Part shown: positions 51,343-61,708 of the stretch, one piece after another
Layout of the letters: each line of letters begins with the position of its first letter
Position numbering within the stretch: the stretch's first letter is position 1
Assembly: GCA_963724295.1 (NCBI GenBank)
Contig: CAVRUC010000004.1
Coordinates: forward strand, 160,001-224,000
DNA length: 64,000 nucleotides
DNA from: an uncultured Chloroflexia bacterium
GTDB taxonomy: Bacteria > Chloroflexota > Chloroflexia > Thermomicrobiales > UBA6265
Direction: 5' to 3'
Translations under genes and position numbers: made by a program
The notes under the pieces: generated by a model
The model's database searches: none
The model's input: the letters and a program-made list of their open reading frames with translations, nothing else
Told to the model about the DNA's origin: nothing

Positions 51343-51997
51343 CTAGGGCCGCGACTCCGGCACCTCCTGGGCGAAGCGGAGCATCCGCTCCTGATGAGCG
51401 ATCCCCAGGTCGGAATCGGCGAAGCCGCCGAGGTGTCCCGCATCGAACCACTCGACCTCGACCGACTTCCCTAGCGCCCGCAGCCGTTCGACGTAGATCT
51501 CGACGGGTCGCGCCGGCGTGCGCGAGTCGTTGCGCCCCTGGATGATGAGCAGCGGCGCCTGCACCCGCTCGACGTCAGCGAGGGGAGCAGCCGGCGTCGG
51601 CTCGCGTGAAAGCAAGCCGGCTTCCCGTCGCGCTGACGACACCACCGAAGGTCGAGTAGGGTGGCAGATTGGGGGATGTGTCCTCCACCTCGCCGCCGTC
51701 GAACGGCACGCGCACCAGGTGCCCAATCTCGTTCCCGCCCATGTCGTCCAGGTAGTAGACGTGGCGGCCGTGAGCGTCGATGAAGCCGAAGACGACACCC
51801 TCCGGGCGATCGGTCAATTGCCGCAGCTGCCCCGTCGGCACCTCCCAGGCATAGAGTTGATACCGTCCGGTGCGGTTGCTCGCCACAAGTCCTCGATCCG
51901 GGCGTCCCTCCGCCAACGCCGACCAGAGAACCCTCTCCGCCCGGAACCGCTGCTTCCAGGGCGCCTCGGCTCTCGTCGTGGTTGGCATCCTCGTCAT
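51343..51997 (-). pseudogene. S9 (prolyl oligopeptidase/acylaminoacyl peptidase) gene with a large internal deletion
   Basis: N-terminal propeller part (WKQRFRA...GRYQLYAW...GNEIGH) joined out of frame near 51590 to the C-terminal PLLIIQGRNDSRTP...DAGH. The GxSxG region is missing. Confidence 0.8.
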
Positions 51998-52160
51998 TGC
52001 AGAATCCTCCTGGCTCTCTTGTCGCCTCACCGCCGGGCCGAGGGGCCATCCTACCCTGATCGCCGTCGGTGTTCGTCAGAGCGACCACGAGCGGGGTTGC
52101 CGCGTGGCGCGTCGCGGGCGATGATGGCGCGCCAGGAGTGCTGCGGAGAAGGAGTTCGCC

Positions 52161-52568
52161 TTGACCGATAGAAGACCGCCTGCCTTGAGTGCCGAGCGCG
52201 TCTCGATGGGCATCGAGGATCTGAAGGCCCGCCACGGCCCGCCGCCGTGGGCCGTGCCCCTGGTCGCCAACGATCACTTTGGGGTTATGGTCATCTGCCA
52301 GGCTCCTGGCCACCGCAACGATTGGCACTACCATCTGGTCGACGAGTGCTGGTCGATCTATGAGGGGGAGCTGGCCTGGACGCTGGAGGGCCAGTCGGAG
52401 CCGGTCCGGGTCAAGGCGGGAGAGTGGATCTTCGCGCCGGCGAACACCTTTCACCTGATCGAGGTGCTGGGAGAGCAACCGGCAATCCGCATCGCGATCA
52501 CCCCCGCCGGCGAGTACCACCGCCACGAGCGGGCCGACGCGCCACCAGCGCCGCGCCGGCGCTCGTAG
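52161..52568 (+). CDS. Cupin domain protein
   Basis: WHYHLVDECW...EGEL...GEWIFAPANTFH. AAGGAG RBS before TTG. Confidence 0.85.
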   Translation: MTDRRPPALSAERVSMGIEDLKARHGPPPWAVPLVANDHFGVMVICQAPGHRNDWHYHLVDECWSIYEGELAWTLEGQSEPVRVKAGEWIFAPANTFHLIEVLGEQPAIRIAITPAGEYHRHERADAPPAPRRRS

Positions 52569-52806
52569 CCATCACTCGCCCCACGACGCCACGTCGTGTC
52601 ATGGCGACCGTCGGCATGACGGACGGCGCGGCAAAAGCGCAGCCGCAGCGGCCCGGCCGCCCGGACAAAGTGCCAGTTCAGTTCGAAGAATGTCTCACTC
52701 TATCGTGGTAGATATTGAGTGCCAAATCGACTGAAAGCAGAGACCTGCAAGAGACTGAAACGGATCGTGTGTAGGGGATTCCACCGTCTCTCGGCAACGA
52801 TGCCGA

Positions 52807-54846
52807 TCAGGAGTTCAGAGGCAGTCCTATAGTGAACGTGCTGCCGTGGCCGGGCCGCGACTCCACCCAGATCCGCCCGCCGTGGGCCTCCACCAGGATG
52901 CGGCTGATATACAGACCGAGGCCGAGACCCGAAGATCTGGTGCTCGCCCGGTAGAACCGATCGAAAAGATGTGGCACGTGCTCCGGGTCGATTCCGGGAC
53001 CTGAATCCTGAACGGAGACCAGCGCTTCGCCATCCCGCTCCTCGACTCGGACGACGACCTCACCCTCCTCGGCGCCGTGCTTGAGGGCATTGCCGATCAG
53101 GTTCTCCAGCACCTGCCCGAGGCGAACACGATCCCACATTCCGCAAATGGAGGAGTCAGGCGCGTCGACTCTGATCGCGTGGTGCGCGCTCTGCTGCTCA
53201 GCCGCCGCCGCGCATTCGCGGGCGAGGACGACCAGATCGAGCGGCTCTCGCTGCAATGGGAGATGCCCCTCTTCGAGCCGCACGACATCCGCGAGGTCGT
53301 CGATCAGGCGCGCCATGCGATCGGCATACTGCAAAATGGTCACGATCGTCGATTCGCGATACTCGCCGCGTCGCTGCAGGAGTTGAGTGCTGGCCCGAAT
53401 GACTGCCAGCGGCGAGCGCAAGTCGTGGCTGACCATCGCCAGGAAGTCGCGCTGGGCAGCCTCAGCTCGCTTGCGCTCGCTGATGTCCTGAGCGATGGTC
53501 GCCGCACCGACGATGCGTCCCGCCGCATCGGTGACCGGTGAAACGCTCACGGAGATATCGATCCTCCTGCCGTCTTTGGCAACGCGAACCGCATCATGAT
53601 GGCTGATGCGCTCTCCGCGGCGTATGCGGGCCATGAAGTCGCTGAGCTCGTCGATCCGCTCGGGTGGGAAGATGCGCGCGATCGATTGCCCGATCATCTC
53701 CTCCGCGGTGTAGCCGTACAGCCGCTCGGCAGCCTGATTCCAGCTCGTGACCGTGCCGTCCAGCGTCTTGCCAATGATGACGTCACCGGACGAGTCGACA
53801 ATGGCCGCCAGGCGCTGCCGGTCGACCGCGGCGCGGTGGCGTTCCGAGACATCCCGCACGACGGAGAGAGCGACCGGACCGGCTGGCAGTGCGACGACCG
53901 TCGTCCGCGCCTCGACGGTAAGAATGGCGCCATCTTTTCGCCGTAAGTCCAGCTCGCCCTGCCAGGTCCCATCCCGAGGGCGCCAGAGGACCTCGACCCC
54001 TGTCAGCTCCGCTCCAGGTGCGATCAGGTCTTCCAATCGAGCGCCGAGAAGCTCCTCGCGCTCGTAACCGAGCAGCTCAATGGCCGCGGCATTGGCATCA
54101 CGGAACCGGCCCTCGTCGTCAATCGACAGGATGGCGTCGGCAACGCCGTCGAACAAGCCCCGGTACCGCGCCTCCGCCGCCTGCGCCTCGGCGTAGAGGC
54201 GGGCATTGTCGATGGCCAGCGCGGCGCGGCGGGCCAGCTCCTCGGCCAGCGCGAGATCACCCGGTCCGTACTGACGGCGGTCATCGGTCAGCACCAGGGT
54301 GATGATCCCGAGTGTCCGGCCCCGCGCCACGAGCGGCAAGACCATTTCGGCGGCGAACCCCAGACGGCGCAGCAAGGCCAGATGCTCGGCATCCCGCGCC
54401 TCGGCGACGAACCGGGCTTCATCGACCGCGGGATCGAACCAGGGCTTCCCGTCCGCGAGCACATCCCAGGCCCGGTGGGCTCGGTCCGGAGAGAGCACCG
54501 CGTAGCGGCGCCGCAGCTCCAGCGCGGTCTCGGCTTTGGCGGGATCACGATGGACGACCGCAAGCCGGTGCAAACGTCCATCCGCGACGAGCAGATCGAC
54601 GACGCACCAGTCGGCCAGGGCGGGCACGATCAGGCGCGCGACACGCTCCAGCTCGGTCTCGTAGTCCAGCGAACCGGCCAGGATCTCGCTCGCCTCGGCG
54701 AGAAATTGGACGTGGTCCTTACCGCCGATCCGTTCGATGAGATCCTGGCCGGCGGCTCCATCCTCGGAGGAGCTCACGGGCTCCTCCGGCCGCAGCGTCA
54801 TCTCGGTGACGAGAACAGCGTCTTCGTCCGTCCCTTTGATCCCCAT
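52807..54846 (-). CDS. Cytoplasmic GAF-PAS-PAS sensor histidine kinase
   Basis: LADWCVVDL GAF, ALAIDNARLY, two PAS domains, VSHDLRSPL, NLIGNALKH and GLGLGLYI. Start uncertain. Confidence 0.88.
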   Translation of the reverse strand: MGIKGTDEDAVLVTEMTLRPEEPVSSSEDGAAGQDLIERIGGKDHVQFLAEASEILAGSLDYETELERVARLIVPALADWCVVDLLVADGRLHRLAVVHRDPAKAETALELRRRYAVLSPDRAHRAWDVLADGKPWFDPAVDEARFVAEARDAEHLALLRRLGFAAEMVLPLVARGRTLGIITLVLTDDRRQYGPGDLALAEELARRAALAIDNARLYAEAQAAEARYRGLFDGVADAILSIDDEGRFRDANAAAIELLGYEREELLGARLEDLIAPGAELTGVEVLWRPRDGTWQGELDLRRKDGAILTVEARTTVVALPAGPVALSVVRDVSERHRAAVDRQRLAAIVDSSGDVIIGKTLDGTVTSWNQAAERLYGYTAEEMIGQSIARIFPPERIDELSDFMARIRRGERISHHDAVRVAKDGRRIDISVSVSPVTDAAGRIVGAATIAQDISERKRAEAAQRDFLAMVSHDLRSPLAVIRASTQLLQRRGEYRESTIVTILQYADRMARLIDDLADVVRLEEGHLPLQREPLDLVVLARECAAAAEQQSAHHAIRVDAPDSSICGMWDRVRLGQVLENLIGNALKHGAEEGEVVVRVEERDGEALVSVQDSGPGIDPEHVPHLFDRFYRASTRSSGLGLGLYISRILVEAHGGRIWVESRPGHGSTFTIGLPLNS

Positions 54847-55167
54847 GGCGTCCACCGGCAACGGTCCTTGGTCTTGCGAGGCCGCTACGGTATTCCACGC
54901 GGGACGCCATTGTTCGCGGGAAAGAATTGTCCAGGTGAGGATATCGCGAATGGACAGATCATGCACGATGGCCCGGCATCGATCGTGAGGTCGGCATGAT
55001 CGAGCGCCAGACACGTCTGGGGCAGACCGGGACACGGCCGCAAATCCGCTATTTCCCGGGTGGCCTCTGGCGGCCCGAACCATGTCCTTCCGGGTCAGTC
55101 TCGCCGCGAGGCCCAGGTGCGGAGCTGGCTACCCGGCACTGTCCCGGCCTCCATGACCCGAAACTCG

Positions 55168-56062
55168 TCAGCCCTTCTCGGCGCCGATGGTCAAACCGGC
55201 GATGAAGTAGCGCTGCAGCGCAAAGTAGACGATCAGCGTCGGCAGGGCGACGAACATCGACGCGGCGGCGATCAGGTTGTCATCGGTGAAGAACTCACCG
55301 CTGAGGTTGGCCAGCGACGAGGTGATCGGCCGGTCGGCGCCCTGTTGCTCGAGGACCACGGCCCAGAAGAAGTCGTTGTAGATCCACGTAAACTCGAGCG
55401 TAGCCAGCGCCGCGATGGCCGGCAGCGTCAGCGGCATGATGATCTGCCAGTACTGCTTCCAGACCCCCGCGCCATCGATCCTGGCGGCGTCGTTCAGCGA
55501 CCTCGGCAGGAGCTTCATGTAGTTGCTGAGGACGAAGGTGCAGAAGCCGCTCTGGAAGGCGACGTGGATGAGAATGATCCCCAACGCGCTGCCATTGAGT
55601 CGCCCTGAGTTGGAAAGCCATTCCGGCAGCTCGACCCGGTTGTAGAACTGGAAGAGCGGCTGGATGATGATCTGCTGCGGCAGCAGGTTGCCGGCGGTGA
55701 AGATCGAGAGCATCAGGATGTTGAACCGCCAGGAGATACCGGCTGGCGACGAACGCCACCATGCTCGAGAAGAAGAGCGTCAGCAGGAGCGCGGGCACGA
55801 GGATGACGGCCGTGTTCCAGTACTTGCGCAGGATGTCGCCCTGCTCCCAGGCATTCCGGTAGTTGTCGAGCGTCAACGACTGCGGCCAGGAGAAGAAGCC
55901 GTCGCGCACGGTATCGGCATACGGGCGAAACGAGGCGAAGATGGCGCCGGCGATGGGGACGAGCCAGAGCAACGCCGCGACCGAGATGAACGCGTAGAGG
56001 AGGACGCGGCCCAGCGTGATGCGGGAGCGGCGCCGGGGGCTGACGACCGTCGCCGCGGTCAT
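55168..56062 (-). pseudogene. Carbohydrate ABC permease (MalG type), one +1 frameshift near 55735
   Basis: N-terminal half in ORF 55295..56062; C-terminal half (DAARIDGA EAA motif) in 55168..55713. May be a sequencing error. Confidence 0.8.
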
Positions 56063-57155
56063 TCGTCGGCTCCTTCCTGCGTGTTGCGGAAGTGATTGGT
56101 GACGTACCAGACGACGAAGCCGACACAGAGGAGGAAGAGGATCGTCGCGTAGGCGGAGCCGCGACCGACGTTGCCGCCCCCCTCGCCGAGGAGGTTGTTC
56201 GTCGTCAGGATCGAGAGCACCTCGGTCTTACGCGGGATGTTGAGCACGAAAATGATGTCGAAGGCGCGCAGCGCCTCGATCACCGTGATCACGGCGATGA
56301 CGACGTTGATCGGCTTGAGCGAGGGAAAGACGACGTGGCGGAAGACCTGCCACTCGTTGCTGCCATCGAGCATGGCCGCCTCCCGCAGCGAGCTGTCGAC
56401 GCTCTTCAGGCCGGCCAGGTAGAGGACCATGATGTAGCCGGTGTGTCGCCAGGCCATCGCCACCAGGATGGCCAGGAAGTTCCAGGAGACGCCGTAGTCA
56501 TCGCCGATGGGAATCGCGAACGACTGATTCCCCAGCCAGTCGATCTCGTTGCCGCCACCGAAGATTTGCGTGGCCAGCCCGTTCCGGGGCGAGTAGATGA
56601 CGCTCTGCCACATGAAGCCGACGACGGCGAGCGAGAGGACGACCGGGGTGAAGAAGATGCTCTGGTAGAAGCGCGTCCCCCGGATGTCCCTATCGAGCAG
56701 GTAGGCGATGCCGATGCCGAGCGCCGTCGGCCCCAGGAAGAGGAAGACAGCAGGACCGAGTTGTTGATCAGCGCCTGAAAGAAGTTCCGCTCGAAGACCG
56801 TGACGATCTCGATGTAGTTCTGGAAGCCGACCCAGGTGATGGCGTCGAGCCGGATCCCGTTCCAGTCGGTGAACGAGAGCAGGATCGAGGCGATGGTGGG
56901 GATCCAGACGAGCGCGATGTGCAGGAACGCCGGAATGCCGACCATCGCCAGCACGACCCAGCGGTCGGCGCCATCGAACTGGCGGAGACGGCGGATCTTC
57001 CGCGCGGCCGGGGAGACTCCGCCCTCCAGTGGAGGGGGGTTGGGGGTAGAGACGGGCGGGTTCTGGACCTGGACTGCCGTTGCCACTGCTGCCCCCGCTT
57101 CGCCGCGAGAGAGAAGCGCGCCCGCCGCCGCGGCGGCGGGCGCGTCCGGCGTCAC
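56059..57155 (-). pseudogene. Carbohydrate ABC permease (MalF type), one -1 frameshift near 56747
   Basis: SFTDWNG/WVGFQNY in one frame and YLAGLKSV...EAAMLDGS in another. May be a sequencing error. Confidence 0.8.
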
Positions 57156-57156
57156 G

Positions 57157-58481
57157 CTACTCGGCGAAGATCGCCTCGGCCTGAGCCTGCATGTCTTCGA
57201 GGATCCCGTCGATGCTGGCCGGGGTCGGAGATGAAGTCGGCGAAGGCCGGACCGGCAACATTCGCGGCGAACTCCGGGCTGGTGTCGCGATCGAGGAACT
57301 GGGTCACGTTTGCCGCTTCGGAGACGGCGGCGGCGGCTTTCTGCTGCAGCGCGGAGTAGCCGGAGGTGTCGTATTCCAGCGACGCGGCCAGGAAGTTCGG
57401 GTCCTCTGAGAGATAGGCCCCCTGCCCCTCGGCGGTACCGAAGAAGTAGAGGAGCTCCTTGGCGGCCTCCGGGTTCTGAGGATTCGCGGCCATCATCCAG
57501 CCGTCGATCGGCGCCTCGACCGTCTCGGTGCCGAACTCCTCGTTCATCGCCGGCCAGGGGAAGAAGTCGAGGTCAGAGAGGTCGCCTTCCGGGAAGACGC
57601 CGCCGACGAAGTTGCCCAGGGTCATCATGCCGGCTTGTTTTTCGACGAGAGCGGCGCCAGCCTCCTGCCAGGTTCGCCCATTGGGATTCTCCTGATGGAA
57701 CGGCAGGATGCTCTCCCACTCGGTAAAGACGTTCCGGACGCGCTCGTCGGTCCAGCTCTCTTTGCCGGCCATCAGGTCCATGTGGAACTGGTAGCCGTTC
57801 ATGCGGAAGTTGAGCTGGTCGAAGGTGCCCATGGCCGGCCAGCGGCCGTCGTTGCCGAATGCGAAGGGGATGACGCCCGCGCCCTGCATCTCTTCGGCGA
57901 GGCCGGTGAGGTCCTCCATCGTCGTTGGTACTTCCCACCCGTTCTCCTCGAACAGGCTGGGGCGGTAGTGGATACCCCAGGCGTAGTAGGTCCACGGCAC
58001 GAAGTACATCTGGCCGTCCTGGCCGGTCGAGGCGAGCTTGAAGCCCTCCGACATGGTGTCGTTCAGGCCCGCCTCCCAGACGTCGTTGATCGGGCCGAGC
58101 AGCCCCTGGGCGGCGAAGAACTGCATGCGGTAGCCCGCGAACCAGGGGATCACGTCGTCGGGGTTCTGCAGGTAGGTGGTGATGTTCTCCTGGAAGGTGT
58201 TGTGGTCGACCACGTTGAGCTGGATCGTAACGTTCTCGTTCGGGAACGCCTCGATGGCAGCGTCCAGCCCCGCCCTGGTGGGCTCGGTGTCGGTGTAGTT
58301 CGAGCCGACGGTGAACTCGCCGGAGGCCGTCCCCAGCTCGACCTGGGCGCGGGCAAGACCGGCGGGCAAGCCGAGTCCGAGCGCCGCAGCGCCGACCGCC
58401 CCCTTCAGGACGCCCCGCCGGCTGAGCGGTGTACCCGACCATGGACGGGCTCGGCGAACGACGAGTGTTGCGAGCGGTCAT
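57157..58481 (-). pseudogene. Carbohydrate ABC substrate-binding protein with Tat signal; +1 frameshifts near 58435 and 57222
   Basis: LSRRGVLKGAVGAAALG Tat motif is in frame with ORF 57152..58369 but lacks an in-frame ATG. Removing one C restores the end ASIDGILEDMQAQAEAIFAE*. Confidence 0.78.
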
Positions 58482-58558
58482 ATGCGCACCCCTTTGTCTC
58501 ATCGACCTGTGGCAGCAACGTCACAGGCGACCAAAATCCGACTCGTTCAGACCCGCCC

Positions 58559-58588
58559 AGAATAGGCCCGACGGCGAATTGATGTCAA
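58559..58588 (-). promoter_or_regulatory. Promoter TTGACA-18-TATTCT for the ABC operon
   Basis: Hexamers at 58588-58583 and 58564-58559. Confidence 0.55.
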
Positions 58589-58714
58589 TGGAGCCGGTCG
58601 GCGAACGATTTGCGAGACTGTCGGGTCGCCCGCGAGTGGCGCCACGCCACAGACTGCTGCGAAGATTCGGCGACCCGCAGAGGCGGGTCGCCATCGTGTC
58701 AGGAGGCTCCCGCC

Positions 58715-60676
58715 GTGGTCACGTCGCTCCCCGTCGCTGCCGCCCACCTTCGCCCTCGGCGTCTGCGATTACCCGGAGCACGTTCCCTGGGAGCAGTGGC
58801 GGCACTACCCGGAGCGCCAGCGGGAGCTGGGCATCACCTACGTGCGGATCGCCGAGTTCGCGTGGTCCAGGATCGAGCCGCGCGAGGGCGAATTCGACTG
58901 GACCTGGCTCGACGACGCGGTCCAGGCCCTGGCCGACGCCGACCGGCTGATCGTGATGTGCACGCCGACGGCGACGCCTCCGGCGTGGCTGATCCGGAAG
59001 CACCCGGAGATCCTGCCCGTTGACGCGCAGGGGCGGGTCCGCAACTTCGGCTCGCGCAAGCACTACGACCACGCCAGCGCCATCTACCGCGAGCACTCCC
59101 GCCGCATCACCACCGAGATCGCCGCACGGTACGGGCAACATCCGGCCGTCGTCGGCTGGCAGACCGACAACGAGTTCGGCTGCCATGACACGGCGCGCTC
59201 CTACGGTCCCGCCAGCCGCGACGCCTTCCGCGTCTGGCTGGAAGAACGCTACGGGACGCTCGAGGCACTGAACGACGCCTGGGGCAATGTCTTCTGGAGC
59301 CAGGAGTACACCGCCTGGGATCAGATCGACCCGCCAAATCTGACGGTGGCCCAACCCAACCCCTCGCACGTGCTCGACTTCTACCGCTTCGCCAGCGACA
59401 TGATCGTCGAGTCTTCCAGGAGGAACAGGTCGAGATCCTGCGCCGGCTCTCACCCGGCCGCTGGGTGACCCACAACTTCATGATGCACTTTGGCGACTTC
59501 GACCACTACCAGGCCGCGGAGTGCCTCGACTTCGTCTCCTGGGACTCCTATCCCCTCGGTCAGGTCGAGCGCTACCTGCCGGAGGAGGAGAGGGTGCGCT
59601 GGGCGAGGACCGGCCACCCCGATCTCATCTCGTTCAACCACGATCTCTATCGCGGTCTGAAGGGCCGGCGCGGATTCTGGGTGATGGAGCAAGGGGCTGG
59701 GCAGGTGAACTGGGCTCCCTCCAATTGCATTCCGGCAACGGGCGCGGTTGCCCTCTGGACCGCGCAAGCCTACGCCCACGGCTGCGACGTCGTCAGCTAC
59801 TTCCGGTGGCGGGCGGCCACCGTCGCTCAGGAGCTGATGCACTCGGGTCTGCTCCGTCACGACGAGACGCTCGACCGGGGAGGCGCGGAGGTCGCCGCCC
59901 TCGAGCTGAGCGGCCGCCCCAACGATGACGTCGAGACGCCCGTCGCCCTCCTCCACGACTACGAGAGCCTCTGGATCTACGACGAGCAGCCGCACAGCGA
60001 GCGGGCGAGCTACTGGGGACAGGTGATGCTCTTCTACGGGGTGCTGCGCTCGCTCGGCGTCGACGTCGACATCCGGCACGCGGACGCTGACCTCAGCGGC
60101 TACCGGCTGGTCGTCGCCCCCGCCCTGCAGCTGATGGGTGATGATCGCGCGCGCCATCTGACCGAAGCGGCGCGCACGGCGCGTCTCGTCTTCGGCCCGC
60201 GCACGGCCTACCGCACGCCGACCGGCCGCGTCCACGAGGACGGCCAGCCGGGACCGCTACGCAACCTGCTCGGGCTCCGGCTGCTCAACTTCGACGGGAT
60301 GCGACCGGGGCTTGGCGTCCAAGTGGGGACGCACCTGGTCGAGACCTGGGCCGAGAGCTACGAACCGGTCGGCGGCGAGGTGACGCACACCTACGCCGAT
60401 GGCCCGCTCGCCGGTCAGGCTGCCGTGGTCCGCAACGGCAACGTCACCACTGTCGGCGCCTGGAGCCCATCACTGGTCGCGGAAATCCTGACCAATCTGC
60501 TCGCCGAGCGCCAGATCCCGACCGCCGAATTGCCGGATGGAGTCCGCGTCGCCCGCCGCGGCGCGATCACGACCTGGATGAACTTCAATCTCGAGCCGGT
60601 CACGCTCGCCGACGGCACGACCCTCGGTCCCGTCTCGTTCCAGCAGCGGACACAAGAGGCAAATCGGCGACAATGA
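58715..60676 (+). pseudogene. GH42 beta-galactosidase; frameshifts near 58730 (+1) and 59412 (+2)
   Basis: [53 protein letters not shown] and YFRWR. AGGAGG RBS before GTG 58715. Confidence 0.88.
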
Positions 60677-60732
60677 GCCAAAACCGTTCCGCCGGGTCAA
60701 TACGATTGGCGTGCTCTGAACTTCATGAATAG

Positions 60733-60765
60733 CCAATCGGGCCGCGAGTGTCGCGGCCCGATTGG
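60733..60765. terminator. Bidirectional stem-loop between convergent genes
   Basis: CCAATCGGGCCGCGA-gtg-TCGCGGCCCGATTGG. Confidence 0.7.
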
Positions 60766-60794
60766 GGTTAGCAAAGACACGTCTTGCGGTCGGC

Positions 60795-61367
60795 TCAGCA
60801 GCCGGGGAGCGCCACGGGTACCGTATCCTCCTCGCGTTGGAGGATAGTCCAGAGAATGGCTGACTCCGCGCGCGTGCCCCTATCCAATACCACCGGGTAG
60901 TCCTGAGAACTCATGCTGGCGGCCAGCGCCTCCGGGAGCGCGTTGGCCGCGCGGCTCGCCTCCACCGAGCCGTAGCCGCTCGTCTCATCCCACGACATGG
61001 CAGCCGCTGCCGCCAGAGCCGCGGCCTGCTCCTGGCCGCTGACCAGCTCGCTGGACAATGACGCGGTCATTTCAGCGCGGGTGCGCTCCACGGAGCCATA
61101 CCCACTCGTTTCGTCCCACGAAGGGCCGGCGACAGGAGCGAGCAGGGCCGAAGCGGCCGCTCGACTGGCCTCCACCGACCCGTAGCCGCTCGACTCGTCC
61201 CAGGACGAGACAGCCGGCGCCAGGGCAGGGACCTGCTCCTGCGCGGCGATGATCTGCTCGTCGGCGATGACCTGCTCGTCCGCGTTGACGGCGATGGGTG
61301 CGGAGATGGCGAAGGTGCATACCGCGACGACGAAGACTGCTGGGCGGAAACGATGAATCGTGGACAT
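60795..61367 (-). CDS. Secreted protein with three SWDE(S/T)SGYGSVE(A/R)(S/T)RA repeats
   Basis: GAGGAG RBS, ATG 61367. Sec-type signal ending AVNA. Three 16-aa repeats separated by Ala-rich linkers. Confidence 0.8.
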   Translation of the reverse strand: MSTIHRFRPAVFVVAVCTFAISAPIAVNADEQVIADEQIIAAQEQVPALAPAVSSWDESSGYGSVEASRAAASALLAPVAGPSWDETSGYGSVERTRAEMTASLSSELVSGQEQAAALAAAAAMSWDETSGYGSVEASRAANALPEALAASMSSQDYPVVLDRGTRAESAILWTILQREEDTVPVALPGC

Positions 61368-61524
61368 CTCGCTCTCCTCTGGCAACGTCCGACGGCTGAA
61401 CGGTGGCGCGGATCGCCTGGTACCGGGCGAGCCGAATCCCTGAATCGACGGGCTCGCGGATTGCGAGTCCTACCGGTTTGTGCCCTGGCGGCCTCGTCCT
61501 GGCACCTGTCCAGCATGCCTGCCG

Positions 61525-61613
61525 CTCACGCGGCTGCCCACGTGCATGGCCCACGCATCGCTCTCCTCTGATCCCACGCATCACTAGACGCGCCCACGCA
61601 GGACTCACGCATC
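61525..61613. promoter_or_regulatory. Six direct repeats of C(C/T)CACG(C)(ATC) in the divergent promoter region
   Basis: Copies start at 61525, 61537, 61550, 61573, 61593 and 61604. Confidence 0.65.
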
Positions 61614-61708
61614 AATGCTGTGCCGTCCCGTCGCCGTCTGCTACGCTTGCGCCACTCCTCGGCAGCAACACCCCGATCGACGGCATCACGACGGCGAGGA
61701 GGCCGCCA

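Noticed and set aside
52694..52725. CIRCE-like CACTC...GAGTGCCAA
   Set aside because: The spacer is 16 bp rather than 9, the left arm is poor, and no chaperone gene follows.
60948..61207. Three ~48-bp DNA repeats as a CRISPR-like array
   Set aside because: The repeats vary at third codon positions, spacers are unequal, the region is an open reading frame, and no cas genes are present.
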